Source: an uncultured delta proteobacterium (GTDB lineage: Bacteria > Desulfobacterota > Binatia > UBA9968). Taken from it: DNA of 64,000 nucleotides. A program made the position numbers and the translations under genes. Of the stretch, positions 51,413-62,152 are shown in pieces (position 1 is the stretch's first letter; each line of letters opens with the position of its first letter). The notes beneath the pieces were generated by a model that made no database searches, had not been told where the DNA came from, and worked only from the letters and a program-made list of their open reading frames with translations. The stretch is taken from contig CAVTUQ010000026.1 of assembly GCA_963737905.1 (NCBI GenBank), forward strand, positions 32,001-96,000, read 5' to 3'.

Positions 51413-51611
51413 AAAATGGGAAAGTGAGTCCTTAGGCTGGATACATGCTATCCGCAAGCGGAATTATGAGAAAACTAAAGGAAAGTCGTTAGCCGAGCTT
51501 CCACCGGGCCCTGGTGCCAAATCCAACACCCTGGTCAAAAAACTCAAACTTCAGCGTGCTCCAGTTCACGCGAACAAAAAGGCCCGGACTAAACGGGGAG
51601 TTAATTCGTAA
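51405..51611 (+). CDS. Small basic partner of the PIN protein (putative antitoxin)
   Basis: Overlaps the PIN stop; GAGGAGG RBS. Confidence 0.6.
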   Translation: MSKKWESESLGWIHAIRKRNYEKTKGKSLAELPPGPGAKSNTLVKKLKLQRAPVHANKKARTKRGVNS

Positions 51612-51665
51612 CAAGTAGTTTGGGAGAGACTGGGGGCAACGCATAGGTACGGTTGCTGTCTCTTG

Positions 51666-52652
51666 TCATTTGAGCACCCTATCGGCTCTCGCCAGCACAT
51701 TCGGCGGGATCGTCAGGCCGATCTGCTTGGCTGCCTTCAGATTAATGATGAACTCAAACTTTTTCGGCTGCTCCACCGGCAGATCGGCCGGTTTGGCGCC
51801 TTTCAGAATCTTGTCGACATACGTGGCAGTGCGCCGGTCCAAGTCGGTAAGGTTCACACCGTAGAACATAAGCCCCCCGGCCTCTACATATGATGAAAAT
51901 GGGTATATCACCGGAAGCCGGCTCGTTACCGCAAGGTCTACAATCTCTTGTCTGCGATCACCGACAACGGAGCTCGCCACTATCATAAGGACTGCTTGAG
52001 CGCGCCTCTTGACTGCAGCTCGGAATGCGCTCTCAATGTCCCTTGAAACCAGTATGTCAACGTATTGAAGCTTCACCGCCAATGCTCCGGCGGCGAGTTC
52101 CACTTCTTTTAACATTTGTGCAGTTGCCCGGCTGCGTCGAAGTCCCGAAGACGGCCGCGCGGGAGAGGCCAGGAAGGATCTCCTTCAGAAGCTCCAGTTG
52201 TTTTCCGCTTATCTCCGGGGCGAGGGTAGATAAGCCAGTGATGTTCCCGCCAGGCCGCGCAAGACTGGCGACGAAACCGTTCCCTACAGGATCGTTAACC
52301 TGCGTCATGACAATGGGAATCGTGGAAGTTGCGTCCTTGGTAACACGAGTCGGTACCGGACCAGCCGGTGACGATGACATCCACTTTGAGACGCGACTAG
52401 CTCGGCAGCGAGCGCAGGAAGACGATCGAGTTTTCCCTCTGCAGATCGCCACTCAATGACAATGGTTTTCCCCTCCACATATCCCAATTCGCCGAGACCC
52501 CGGCGCAATGCCTCGCTGCGGACCGGGTCAAGGAAGCGACTCATTAGGTAACCTATCCGCGGGATTTTCGTCGGCTGCTGCTGCGCCTCGGCGAGCTGAA
52601 TGGTTGTTAAAATTAGAACCGGGAGCGCATAGACAAGGATCTTTGCCTTCAT
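51666..52652 (-). CDS. ABC_sub_bind-family solute-binding protein, two frameshifts
   Basis: Signal peptide, LGYVEGK, SLARPGGNITG, KILKGAKPADLPVEQP, ARADRV. Confidence 0.88.
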
Positions 52653-53016
52653 AGGCTCCTCCGAAACTAGTCAGGCTAAAACCAGTCTGGTTGGTAGAAG
52701 TATAGGTGCTTTCCTTATTTCATCACCTGGTATGATCTGTCAATGTTCGCAGAATATAGCCTTGACTCCATCGGCTTAGTGCCGTTAATAGGTGCGCCAC
52801 CACATGAAGCTCAAAGACATGAGGAAGGCGCCGATACACCCCCGCTTGGCACTCTGGATGCCCCCGCGCTGGACCGGGATAGGTTCCGCCGCCGTGCACG
52901 GCGCCTTCTGAAATAGCATGTGTCTTGTTCTTGCGCTCGTCCGCGACATCATAATAAATCTCTCCGCGTTCGCTCCCGTGTCGCAGGAGGCCGTTCATGA
53001 AGCTTGATAACTCACC

Positions 53017-53052
53017 GTAGAGTTTTCACTACCGGGGTAGAGGAAAAACTAC
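53017..53052. promoter_or_regulatory. Tandem GTAG-N8-CTAC palindromes, candidate enhancer (UAS)
   Basis: gtagagttttcactac and gtagaggaaaaactac, starts 20 bp apart, about 100-130 bp upstream of a sigma54 site. Confidence 0.5.
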
Positions 53053-53148
53053 CCTTTGGGTGTATCGCCGTTCGCCTTAAGATCCCACCGCTCGAAATTC
53101 TTCCGTTCACTCAGCACCTTACTCTCATCGAGCCACGTGCGCTGACCG

Positions 53149-53164
53149 TGGCACGGCGGTTGCG
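53149..53164 (+). promoter_or_regulatory. Sigma54 (-24/-12) promoter
   Basis: TGGCACGGCGGTTGCG matches TGGCACG-N4-TTGC. Confidence 0.75.
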
Positions 53165-53239
53165 CTACGAAAATCGGGTCGGGCGTAAATCCAAACTGAT
53201 TCATCTGAAACATGACAAATAACACGGAGGTTCAAAGCT

Positions 53240-54571
53240 ATGAAGTCACGATGGATTGGTCTAGTAATTTTCCTATTATTTACAGGTATCTTCTTTTCAT
53301 TGGCCCCTCAAGTCTGTCCCGGATTTAGGCGGTTCCTCGGCATGGGGAGACGACGACGATAAGCTACCGTTTCCAAAGAATGCGACCGTTACAACTCTGA
53401 TCACGACACCACGCCGCTTGCATCGGTTGACCGGAGACAATCACCGTAATTTATACACCGTTGGTTTAGGCACGCCTCCCTGCCCGGTTTGGCAAATCAA
53501 CCTCCACAAACCCAGCCTAATTCCGGTCGGATTCATTGTACCCGCTGCCGGAGACTGCGGCTTCAATGGAATTGCGTTTAACCGAGAACGGCAATCTGTT
53601 TGTGACCGACGCAGGGTAGGAATTCACGTCCAATTCACGACCGGGACCATTTACACGTTTAAACCAAGCGCCAAGAATCCGCCATCGCCACCATTTTCGC
53701 CTCAGGCGTTCCGGGAGCTAAGCGCATCGCCTTCGATAAGAAGGGAAACCTCTGGGTTAGTGACGGAGTGACGGGTCAGGGAAGAGTTTGGAAGATTGCA
53801 CTGGGGGTGGTGTGTGTGAAGACGAAGTGAATCCTTATCAGGGCTGTGAAGAAGTATTTCGTATCCAGCCGATGGCAAACGAGGTTAATCTCGATGCTAA
53901 TGGAGTCGGCGGTGTAGGGCGTGACATCCGTACGCTGCCGCAAGGGACGATAACCGTGACACCAACATCGCGTAATGCCGCCAACACTGAGGGCTCTGCG
54001 CCGTTCGTGGCCACCGGCCTCGCTTTCGACAAGGACGGAGATAACTGTTCATTGCTGATCAGGCGCGAGAAGCGATCTGGAAGGCGAAATTCGACCGCAA
54101 CGGCTATCTAAAAAGCAAAACAGGTTGCGATACTACCTTTACACCCAACACTCTCTGTCTCGACAACGTCTTTGTCGCGCATCCCTATCTTGAAGGCGCT
54201 GACGGAATCGCATTGGATCGAGATGGAAATATATGGGTCGTTGCCGCTGAACGCCAGGCCATCGTGTTTGTGACCAAGAATGGGAAAGTAATTGAAGTCT
54301 TCCGCAATCCCGTGAACGCGGCTGGCTTGAGAAATTCGGCCGATCCGGCAGTAGGAAACAACCACATTCTTGAACATCCCACGGGTCTCTTCCTTACCGG
54401 AAAAGCCCTCTGCTCGGCCCAGAACGACCATGGGGCAAGGGATAATGTCACTCGACGCTTGGGCGAGATCAACGCCAGCGCAGCCGAAGATGGGCCAATT
54501 CCTTTAGGTAAGATATCTTGCATGGACCAGGAGTTAAAAATTCCCGGTCTACGGTTTTACCCATCGACTAG
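53240..54571 (+). pseudogene. Secreted SMP-30/gluconolactonase/NHL-like beta-propeller protein, many frameshifts
   Basis: GGAGG RBS, signal-like N-terminus, repeated blades NGIAF, GLAFDKDG, LEGADGIALDRDGNIWV. Confidence 0.65.
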
Positions 54572-54992
54572 TGCTGTTTTCACCACGGGAGCCTCCTGGA
54601 ACAAAACCAGGATCGACGGCGTCTCTGATCCGCGAGGACGGAATCGAACATGGAGGTAAGATCGCCGCCGTGCAGACAATCTGTTCCTCAAGCCGGAGAA
54701 AAAATAGCTCCTCCCGCAGGAACGTAGCCAGGATTCTGTGTCGTTCGATCTGGGGTACGTTCCTGCGAGAACCGGGTCGGACCTGCGCAGAGTAAAAGTC
54801 CTTTGTGCGTCTAACCGGTTTCACTTTCTTGTATGCCACCAGGTGCGGCAATGGATAGAAGTAATGGTTTCCGGAGCGGTTGACAGCGAAGTTCAGGGTC
54901 GGATAGGTTCTAGAACCGATCCGATATCCTCCGTTTTCCAGTCTCCCCGAGCCAAGTGACGGTTCTCTTAGAATGGATTTAGGAGAACTCTG

Positions 54993-55232
54993 ATGGGATG
55001 GCTTAGCGGAGAAAAGAAAAGTGAGAATTCACGAGCTACTGAACTGAGCCAGCTCAAAGAAGAGTTGCGTGGCGTCTCTGAAAAACTCGAATCCCGCGAG
55101 AGCGAACTGGCCGAAGCCTTGGAGCAGCAGACCGCAACAAGTGAGATCTGCGCATGATCGCGGGAACGCCCACCGATATTCAAATAGTGCTCGACGCCGT
55201 GACCGAGAGTGTCGCTCGGCTTTGTAACGCTA
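54993..55232 (+). pseudogene. N-terminal remnant of a third GAF-array kinase
   Basis: AGGAG RBS; [15 protein letters not shown], then after a frameshift RMIAGTPTDIQIVLDAVTESVARLC. Confidence 0.75.
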
Positions 55233-55471
55233 CAGTGGAATCCTTTGTGTGGGCGGATGAGGTGATTAGCAATGGTGAGTGGCCAGAGGTCTAGTGGAGC
55301 TCAGGGGAGGAAAAGCTGCGTAGTGGGACTTTTGCTCGGGTAGGTTATCTGGGCGCGGGAGACCCCGTCAGCGGGGGTTATCGCATCGAGGCGTTCCGCC
55401 AGGGACTAAAACAGCTCGGCTACATCGAGGGGAAAAATCTTATAATCGAGTATCGGTTCGCCGGGGCTAGG

Positions 55472-57082
55472 TTGGATCGGCTGCACGAGTTGGCGGAAGA
55501 CCTTGTCCGTCTCGAGGTCGACATTATCTTTGCGCGAGGTATGCCGGCGACCGACGCTGCTAAGAACGCGACGCAGACGATCCCGATCATCACAAGCAGT
55601 AGCGACCCGGTAGGGTCCGGGCTTGTCGCCAGCTTAGCGCAACCGGGTGGAAACATTACCGGGCTGACCAACCTTACCTCGGAGTTGGTCGGAAAACGGC
55701 TTGAGCTGCTCAAGGAGGTGATTCCTAAGCTATCCCACGTCGCCGTTCTTTGGACTCCAGGTCATCCTGCGGTTGGAGTTTGGAGAGAGGCCGAGGTTGC
55801 CGCTCAATCTCTGGGCGTGCAGCTCCAGGCCGCAGAGGTACGAGATCGAGACGATTTAGAGCCGGCTTTCGCAGCTATAAAAAGAGAACGTGCTGAGGCC
55901 CTGATCATGCTACGGAGCCCCATCGTTAATGACCTGACGAAAGGGATCGTCAATCTTGCGGCCAAGAGCCGGCTACCGGCCATCTACGATGATAAAAGAT
56001 TTCCGCAGCTTGGTGGCCTCATGAGTTATGGGGTCAATCTGGCTGATCTGGACCGGCGTGCGGCCACGTATATCGATAAGATTTTGAAAGGCGCCAAGCC
56101 CACAAACTTGCCCATCGAACAGCCGACGAAGTTCGAGCTGCGGATCAATCCCAGGACCGCCAAAGCCCTAGGGAGCAGAATAACGGAGACTCTGCGCGAG
56201 GCTTATAGCGGGTTGGAAAAACAGGTCGAAGATAGAACCCGCGAGCTTGCTGGTGCCAACGAGAAATTAAAGGAGTTGGATCGACTGAAATCGGACTTCG
56301 TCTCTCACGTCTCGCACGAGCTGAGGACGCCGCTCACGGCAATCAAAGGTGCCGTGGATCTGATACTACGCGAGGTCGCGGGACCGCTTACCGAGAAGCA
56401 AATTCATTATCTCACCCGCGTAAGATCGAATACGCAGCATCTGGCCGGTTTGATCAATGACTTGTTGGATCTCGCCAAGATCGAGTCGGGAAGAATCGAG
56501 GTTAAATCCAGTCGTGTTTCTCTCAGCGGTCTCGTGCATGAGGTGGCGGAGTCCTTGCGGCCCGTTGCGGCGGAGAAAGTCATTGCACTTGAAGCGATCA
56601 TTCGCGAACCGTCCATTCTAGTGTGGGCGGATCGGGATAAGATCAATCAAGTCCTGACGAACCTGATCGGCAATGCGATCAAGTTCACGCCTGTTCAGGG
56701 CAGGGTTACAGTGTCAGCGTCAAGAAATGGCGGAGAAAGCGTTCAGGTGTCTGTATCCGATACCGGTCCGGGAGTACCGGCGGACGAAAAAGAAAAGATT
56801 TTTGCTAAGTTTTACCGGATCGCCGAGGTGAATGGAGAGAATTCCAAAGGCACCGGTCTCGGTCTTGCGATCTCCAAAGCGCTTGTGGAGTTGCATGGCG
56901 GCAAGATTTGGGTGGAGTCTGAGGCGGGTGGCGGCAGCACGTTCTCGTTCACTCTGCCGTTATCAGGTCCGCAAAATTCCGGATGGTGTTCTGGATTGAC
57001 TGCTCGGAGAAGATTTAACAGAGAGCGAGTGCTAGTGGCAACGACAATGAAATCAAATACTTTACCACGAAGTGCTTCATGA
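55472..57082 (+). CDS. Chimeric ABC_sub_bind solute-binding domain fused in frame to HisKA-HATPase (homology extends upstream to about 55337, no signal peptide)
   Basis: SLAQPGGNITG..LPIEQPTKFEL joined to [35 protein letters not shown]. Confidence 0.8.
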   Translation: MDRLHELAEDLVRLEVDIIFARGMPATDAAKNATQTIPIITSSSDPVGSGLVASLAQPGGNITGLTNLTSELVGKRLELLKEVIPKLSHVAVLWTPGHPAVGVWREAEVAAQSLGVQLQAAEVRDRDDLEPAFAAIKRERAEALIMLRSPIVNDLTKGIVNLAAKSRLPAIYDDKRFPQLGGLMSYGVNLADLDRRAATYIDKILKGAKPTNLPIEQPTKFELRINPRTAKALGSRITETLREAYSGLEKQVEDRTRELAGANEKLKELDRLKSDFVSHVSHELRTPLTAIKGAVDLILREVAGPLTEKQIHYLTRVRSNTQHLAGLINDLLDLAKIESGRIEVKSSRVSLSGLVHEVAESLRPVAAEKVIALEAIIREPSILVWADRDKINQVLTNLIGNAIKFTPVQGRVTVSASRNGGESVQVSVSDTGPGVPADEKEKIFAKFYRIAEVNGENSKGTGLGLAISKALVELHGGKIWVESEAGGGSTFSFTLPLSGPQNSGWCSGLTARRRFNRERVLVATTMKSNTLPRSAS

Positions 57083-57264
57083 TCAGACGCCGCCGACAGA
57101 ACGTGAAGCTACAGGTCGTCAGCCGGCATGGTTAGCCGGCATCCAGGTCCACGTGGCTGACTCCGGAGAAATCTATGTGAACTGGATGGCCAACACGCGA
57201 TGCTGGTCGACAGAAACGAGTAGTTTAAGAACGATCGTGGCTACGCCTCGATTTGGAAATGAGG

Positions 57265-57342
57265 TGCGAAGAGCACGAAGTATAAGAAATTGAATGTAAA
57301 TATTTCCGTGTCCTTCGTGCGCTTCGTGCGCTTCGTGGTGAC
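57265..57342. repeat. REP-like CACGAAG/CTTCGTG palindrome family (also 59951-60135)
   Basis: gcacgaag...cttcgtgcgcttcgtgcgcttcgtggtga. Confidence 0.7.
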
Positions 57343-57388
57343 ATGATATTTTTTTATTGATTCGACAATTTGGAATCGGCACCCAAAA

Positions 57389-58741
57389 ATGAAAACTCTT
57401 AGCGGGACCATACTTGTTGCGGATGACGATGCCGATATTCGCGACATTCTAAGTGAAACTCTGAATAGCCTTGGTTCCCGAGTGATCACGGCCGCCAATG
57501 GGCGCGAGTGTCTGGACAAGGTGGACAAGGAGGCGCCGGAACTGTTGCTCCTCGATATCGAGATGCCGGTTAAAAACGGACTCGAAGTGTTGAAAGAGTT
57601 ACGACAAAGAGGGCGTGACACGACAGCAATTATGATCACCGCCTACGGCACGATCGAGCGGGCCGTGCAGGCGATGCAAGAAGGTGCGTTTGATTTTATC
57701 ACCAAGCCCTTTGACCTTGACCATATTGCCATGGTCGTGGAAAAGGCGCTGGAGCGCGAACGGCTTAAGAGAGGCCTAGAACGCTTTACCGAGGAAGCTG
57801 GCGAGCGATATCGGTTAGTGGGCGGTGAGAGCCCGCAGATGCGAGAAGCGATCGAGACGGCTAAAAAGGCCGCCTCCAGCAGGTCGACGGTTTTGCTCCT
57901 TGGCGAAAGCGGCGCGGGGAAAGAAGTCTTCGCCCGGGCCATCCATAACTGGAGCGAAAGAAAGCATGAGCCGTTCATCGCGATTAATTGTGTAGGACTT
58001 TCCAAAGATCTTCTTGAAAGCGAGTTATTTGGCCATGAAAAAGGGGCCTTCACTGGCGCGCATCATTTTAAAAAGGGCAAGATGGAACTAGCCCATCGTG
58101 GAACCGTTTTTCTCGACGAGGTCGGGGACATTTCGGCGGAGTTGCAAACCAAGCTCCTCAGATTTCTTCAAGAGCGGGAGTTTGAGCGGGTCGGCGGCAC
58201 CCAGCCGATTCACGTGGATGTTCGGGTGATCGCAGCTACCAACCGTGACCTCTCGATCGCCATCAAAGAAGGACGATTCCGTGAGGACCTCTATTATCGT
58301 CTTAACGTCATTCCCATCTCGCTGCCGCCATTGAGAGAACGAAGAGAAGATATACCCGTTCTCGCGAGATATTTTTTGCGGCGGTTTGCCTTGGAAACGA
58401 AGAAAAACTTTACCGGGATCACAGCGGAGGCGGAGGCGAGGCTTGTAGCCTACGCATGGCCGGGCAACGTTCGTGAGCTGGCGAACGCGATTGAGCGAGC
58501 CGTCGTACTCGGCCAGGGCCCCGAGATTACTCTCGAAGATCTGTCGCCGCGTATCGCTTACTCGGAAGACGAAGGAACTTCCGACGGTTTGTCCTATCGC
58601 GGAGCCGTAGACGCTGCCCGAGCGAATGTCATCAGGCGAGCGCTGGCGACCACTCAGGGCAATCGAGCCGCCGCTGCAAGGATCCTCGGCCTGCACAAAA
58701 CCCACTTGCTAAATCTGATGAAGTCCCTCGGGATTGGTTGA
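57389..58741 (+). CDS. Sigma54-dependent response regulator (NtrC/AtoC family: REC-AAA+-Fis HTH)
   Basis: ADDD/LDIEMP receiver, GESGAGKE, ESELFGHEKGAFTGA, FLDEVG, WPGNVREL. Confidence 0.95.
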   Translation: MKTLSGTILVADDDADIRDILSETLNSLGSRVITAANGRECLDKVDKEAPELLLLDIEMPVKNGLEVLKELRQRGRDTTAIMITAYGTIERAVQAMQEGAFDFITKPFDLDHIAMVVEKALERERLKRGLERFTEEAGERYRLVGGESPQMREAIETAKKAASSRSTVLLLGESGAGKEVFARAIHNWSERKHEPFIAINCVGLSKDLLESELFGHEKGAFTGAHHFKKGKMELAHRGTVFLDEVGDISAELQTKLLRFLQEREFERVGGTQPIHVDVRVIAATNRDLSIAIKEGRFREDLYYRLNVIPISLPPLRERREDIPVLARYFLRRFALETKKNFTGITAEAEARLVAYAWPGNVRELANAIERAVVLGQGPEITLEDLSPRIAYSEDEGTSDGLSYRGAVDAARANVIRRALATTQGNRAAAARILGLHKTHLLNLMKSLGIG

Positions 58742-58831
58742 GTGATACGACAGAAAGGCTTCGTCGAGTTTACCATAGAGGAGTAATTCGTCACGAGGAG
58801 TCGACTAAGACTGACCGAGGCCCTCCGATTC

Positions 58832-58929
58832 CGTCATTCCAGCATGGAGTGCTGGAATCCAGGTCGACATGGATGTCTCCGGACGCATCTTGCGCACCCT
58901 GGATGCCGGCAATCCATGCCGGCATGACG
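58832..58929. repeat. REP/RPE-like palindrome GTCATTCC..GGAATCC..GGCATGAC (partial relatives at about 59127, 60268, 63410)
   Basis: cgtcattccagcatggagtgctggaatccag...ctggatgccggcaatccatgccggcatgacg. Confidence 0.75.
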
Positions 58930-59175
58930 AAGCTCTACCATTTTCACACTCTCTAGGCGATCGTTAAGATGATGAATCACGAATGTTTCTTCAAGCGCCA
59001 CATGATGCTTGACCTGCGAGGAGGAGCTGTGTTTAGTTGGTTCGTGGACGGAGGCGAAACCGGTCGGTTTGAGCTGAGAGAAAACTCGTCGCTCATCGCT
59101 GACGACGGAGTTTAAGGAAAAGAAACCTGGATTCCCGTTTTCACGGGAATGACGCGGGGAAAAAAGAGGTAGACA

Positions 59176-59883
59176 ATGCCCAGCTCGTGGGAGAAAATAA
59201 AGGTCGATAACAGTCAGATGCCGCTTTATGTGAGTGTGCCGGCGAGCGGCGGGCCGGTGCCGGGCGTCGTCGTAGTGCACGGCCAGTCGGGTTTGGAAAG
59301 TTTTATCAAAGACACCACCCACATGCTGGCGCTTCAGGGATACGCTGCCGTTGCGCCGAATCTCTATCACCGCGATGGTACGGACTGCAAGGACGACAAT
59401 CCGACCCGCAAAGCGCGCTTGCGCGACACGACGATCATCAACGACATCAATGCTGCCATCGGGTTTCTCAAGAATCACCGGCAAGTCGACGGTGGACGGT
59501 TAGGCATCGTCGGCTTTTGCATGGGAGGGCGGTTAGTCTATCTCATGTCCGCTGCGAGCAAAGATCTCAAAGCCGGTGTGATGTTTTATGGCAGCGGCAC
59601 CATGGTGCCGTTTGGCGAAGGTCCGTCGCCGTTCGATCGCACGCGCGAGATCAACTGCCCGGTCCAGGGACACTTCGGCGCTGAGGATCAAAACCCATCC
59701 CCCGCAGACATGCGAAAGCTCGACGCGGAGCTTACGAAATGGGGCAAGGTCCACGAGTTTCACACCTACACTGGGGCGGCCCACGCCTTTGTGAATTCAG
59801 GTTCAAGCAACTACCGCCCCCGCGCCGCTGCCCTGTCGTGGCCGAAAGCGATGGCATTTTTTAGCAGGCATTTAGTGGGATGA
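59176..59883 (+). CDS. Dienelactone hydrolase family protein
   Basis: GIVGFCMGG nucleophile, FGAED, GAAHAF. Confidence 0.93.
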   Translation: MPSSWEKIKVDNSQMPLYVSVPASGGPVPGVVVVHGQSGLESFIKDTTHMLALQGYAAVAPNLYHRDGTDCKDDNPTRKARLRDTTIINDINAAIGFLKNHRQVDGGRLGIVGFCMGGRLVYLMSAASKDLKAGVMFYGSGTMVPFGEGPSPFDRTREINCPVQGHFGAEDQNPSPADMRKLDAELTKWGKVHEFHTYTGAAHAFVNSGSSNYRPRAAALSWPKAMAFFSRHLVG

Positions 59884-60482
59884 AATTTAGCCCATGAGAA
59901 CGGTCGCTAGAAAAAAATAGGTTCTTCTGGGTTTAGTGTGGAAGAGTATTCACCACAAAGGGCACGAAGAGCACGAAGAAAAGAAGATTTTACCGCAAAG
60001 AACGCAAAGGACTTAGGTTTAAGATCTGTGAGGCGATGGCCCTGGCGTTACCATTAGCGGTGCGGTGAAGGACACGAAGTTTTGGTTTACCATGTATATC
60101 CGAACCCTTCGTGTACTTCGTGATCTTCGTGGTGACGAAATCAATGTGATAGTGTCAGATTGTCCACACGGAAGCGTGAAGAGACAGCGCGGCATTTAGC
60201 AATCGATAATTGTGACCCTCCCGAATCGTCGCAAATTTTCTCTCTCGCCTTTGCAAAATTTTCTTAGTGTCATTCCGAACGGAATGTGAGAAATCTTTTT
60301 GGTAGTCGTCCGGGACCAACTCGAGTATATGGTCCAAGATCCGACCCTAGATTCTCCGGCTCGTACCTTTTTGCTCACTTGACCGGTTCATCATAGTCTC
60401 CGTTTTTCTCCCGCTTTCGATTTTCTTTTTAAAGACTGCTCGCTTACCGTTTTGTGTGCCAGACTCATCGGTTCGAGATTAT

Positions 60483-60498
60483 TGGTATGTTCTTTGCT
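60483..60498 (+). promoter_or_regulatory. Probable sigma54 promoter
   Basis: TGGTATGTTCTTTGCT gives GG-N10-GC with TTGC. Confidence 0.55.
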
Positions 60499-60561
60499 GA
60501 TTCGAAGTTGTCTATGGGAATCGCATTTAAGATCGCTAATCAATCAGGCGAAACGAATTCG

Positions 60562-60972
60562 ATGACTGCCGAGGCGGATTACTCCATCTACACATTCCAG
60601 CAGTTACTTAAGGAACGTTATTGGTTTGATGCCGATCACTACTTCAACCGCGAAAGACTCGAAGAAGAGATCGAAAAGCGTTGCGCGCGTTTTCAAGAGC
60701 CAACCAAGCGGAAGAGATCTGCTGCCGCTGGGTCGGGTAGCCGGTACAGGCCTTACGGTCTTATGTTAGGCGTTTTTTTTCTTGTGATTTCGAGCGGCCC
60801 TTTCCTCGCCGTTGAGTTCCTCGACACGATGAACGTCATTAGGGACGTTAACGGAGATAACTCGCTCTTGTCGGGCGTGTGGGCGCTCTTCACGCTTCCA
60901 TTCGCGGTGATGGTATATATGATCGGCGGCATCATGGATGCGGAACGCGTCGTAAAATGGTTCAATCTATAG
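60562..60972 (+). CDS. Hypothetical membrane protein, 2 TM
   Basis: Soluble N-terminal part followed by two hydrophobic segments; start chosen downstream of the sigma54 site. Confidence 0.65.
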   Translation: MTAEADYSIYTFQQLLKERYWFDADHYFNRERLEEEIEKRCARFQEPTKRKRSAAAGSGSRYRPYGLMLGVFFLVISSGPFLAVEFLDTMNVIRDVNGDNSLLSGVWALFTLPFAVMVYMIGGIMDAERVVKWFNL

Positions 60973-61203
60973 ACAGGCGTGGAATTTGCGTGATCAAGAC
61001 TCAAGGTCGATCGCGCCTGAGTTCCGCAGCGGTCATGCGCACTAGCGGGGCCGTCACCACGTGCGAATACTCCCAACCGATCGGATCAGTCACGATCACG
61101 CCTGCTACTGGAGCGAGTAGCGAATGGAACGGCTTGAACGATTTGAACCTCTTGAACGGTCCAAGTCGCTCAAGCCGGTTTCAGAGGCATCGGACTCGGC
61201 GAT

Positions 61204-62031
61204 TTATGGTACCCCCGGCGGCTTGGTTTTGCCGTCATAGTACTCTTGGGTGAAGTCCGGTTTGCGTCTTTGCGAAAAGGCGGCCGAGCCTTCGTCATAA
61301 TCCTTGCTTTGCCTCAGGTGGGCGTAGAAGTCGCGGTGCACTTCGAAGGCTTTTTCCCAGCCCTGGATCTCGTACAACAGTTTGTCTTCAATGTACTCCA
61401 TGGTATGCGCGGCGATGAGGCGGCCGTTGCGATTGATCGTCGTACATAGCTCAACGCAATCGTCGATGAGCTTGCCAGGCTCGCAGATTTTCTGCACGAG
61501 ACCCAGCCGAAAGGCTGTATCAGCGTCGATCATCTGGCCGGAGAGCGCGAACCAGTACGCCCAACCGGTAGGCAACTGGCAGACGTAATGCGGCCACGCC
61601 GCCATATGCGACCAGCGGACCTCGGAGCAGCCGAATTTCGATGCCGGGACGCAGTAGCGGATATGACAGGCGAGGGACAAACTGAAACCGCCGCCCACGG
61701 CGTAGCCGTTAATGGCGGCAATGATCGGTTTGTGCATTTGCAAAGCCCGGGTATTCGAGTAAGGCCGCGGGCCGGAGCGCGGTCCTTTCATCTCGCCCTT
61801 TGCAAAAGCGAGATTCTCTTTGAGATCACCGCCGGCACAGAACGCGTCCCCAGTGCCCGTGAGAATAATCGACCACACATCGTCATCCGCCTTTGCTTTC
61901 TGCCACGCTTCGTCTAGCGCCCAATAAAGATCGCGGCTGATGGCGTTCTTTTTCTCCGGGCGGTTGAGACGGATGATCGCTATGTGGGGCTCGCGCTTTT
62001 CGTAGATACATAGGGGTTCTGGTTCGGACAT
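61204..62031 (-). CDS. Enoyl-CoA hydratase/isomerase (crotonase) family protein
   Basis: LNRPEKKNA, AFCAGGDL, KPIIAAINGYAVGGG; GGAGG RBS. Confidence 0.93.
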   Translation of the reverse strand: MSEPEPLCIYEKREPHIAIIRLNRPEKKNAISRDLYWALDEAWQKAKADDDVWSIILTGTGDAFCAGGDLKENLAFAKGEMKGPRSGPRPYSNTRALQMHKPIIAAINGYAVGGGFSLSLACHIRYCVPASKFGCSEVRWSHMAAWPHYVCQLPTGWAYWFALSGQMIDADTAFRLGLVQKICEPGKLIDDCVELCTTINRNGRLIAAHTMEYIEDKLLYEIQGWEKAFEVHRDFYAHLRQSKDYDEGSAAFSQRRKPDFTQEYYDGKTKPPGVP

Positions 62032-62052
62032 ACTTCCTCCTTGGTTTTGTGA

Positions 62053-62143
62053 GTTAGAGGTCAGAGATCAAAGATCAGAGGTCAGAAGTCAGTCTTGCGG
62101 TTTGAAGTGTCAATTTGACGACTGATCTCTGACTTCTCAACCT
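62053..62143. repeat. Heptameric (TCAGAGR) tandem-inverted intergenic repeat
   Basis: gaggtcagagatcaaagatcagaggtcagaagtcag...ctgatctctgacttct. Confidence 0.7.
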
Positions 62144-62152
62144 CGTTTCTGG

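Noticed and set aside
52723-52998. 91-aa minus-strand ORF
   Set aside because: It has no motif or RBS and lies in a regulatory intergenic region.
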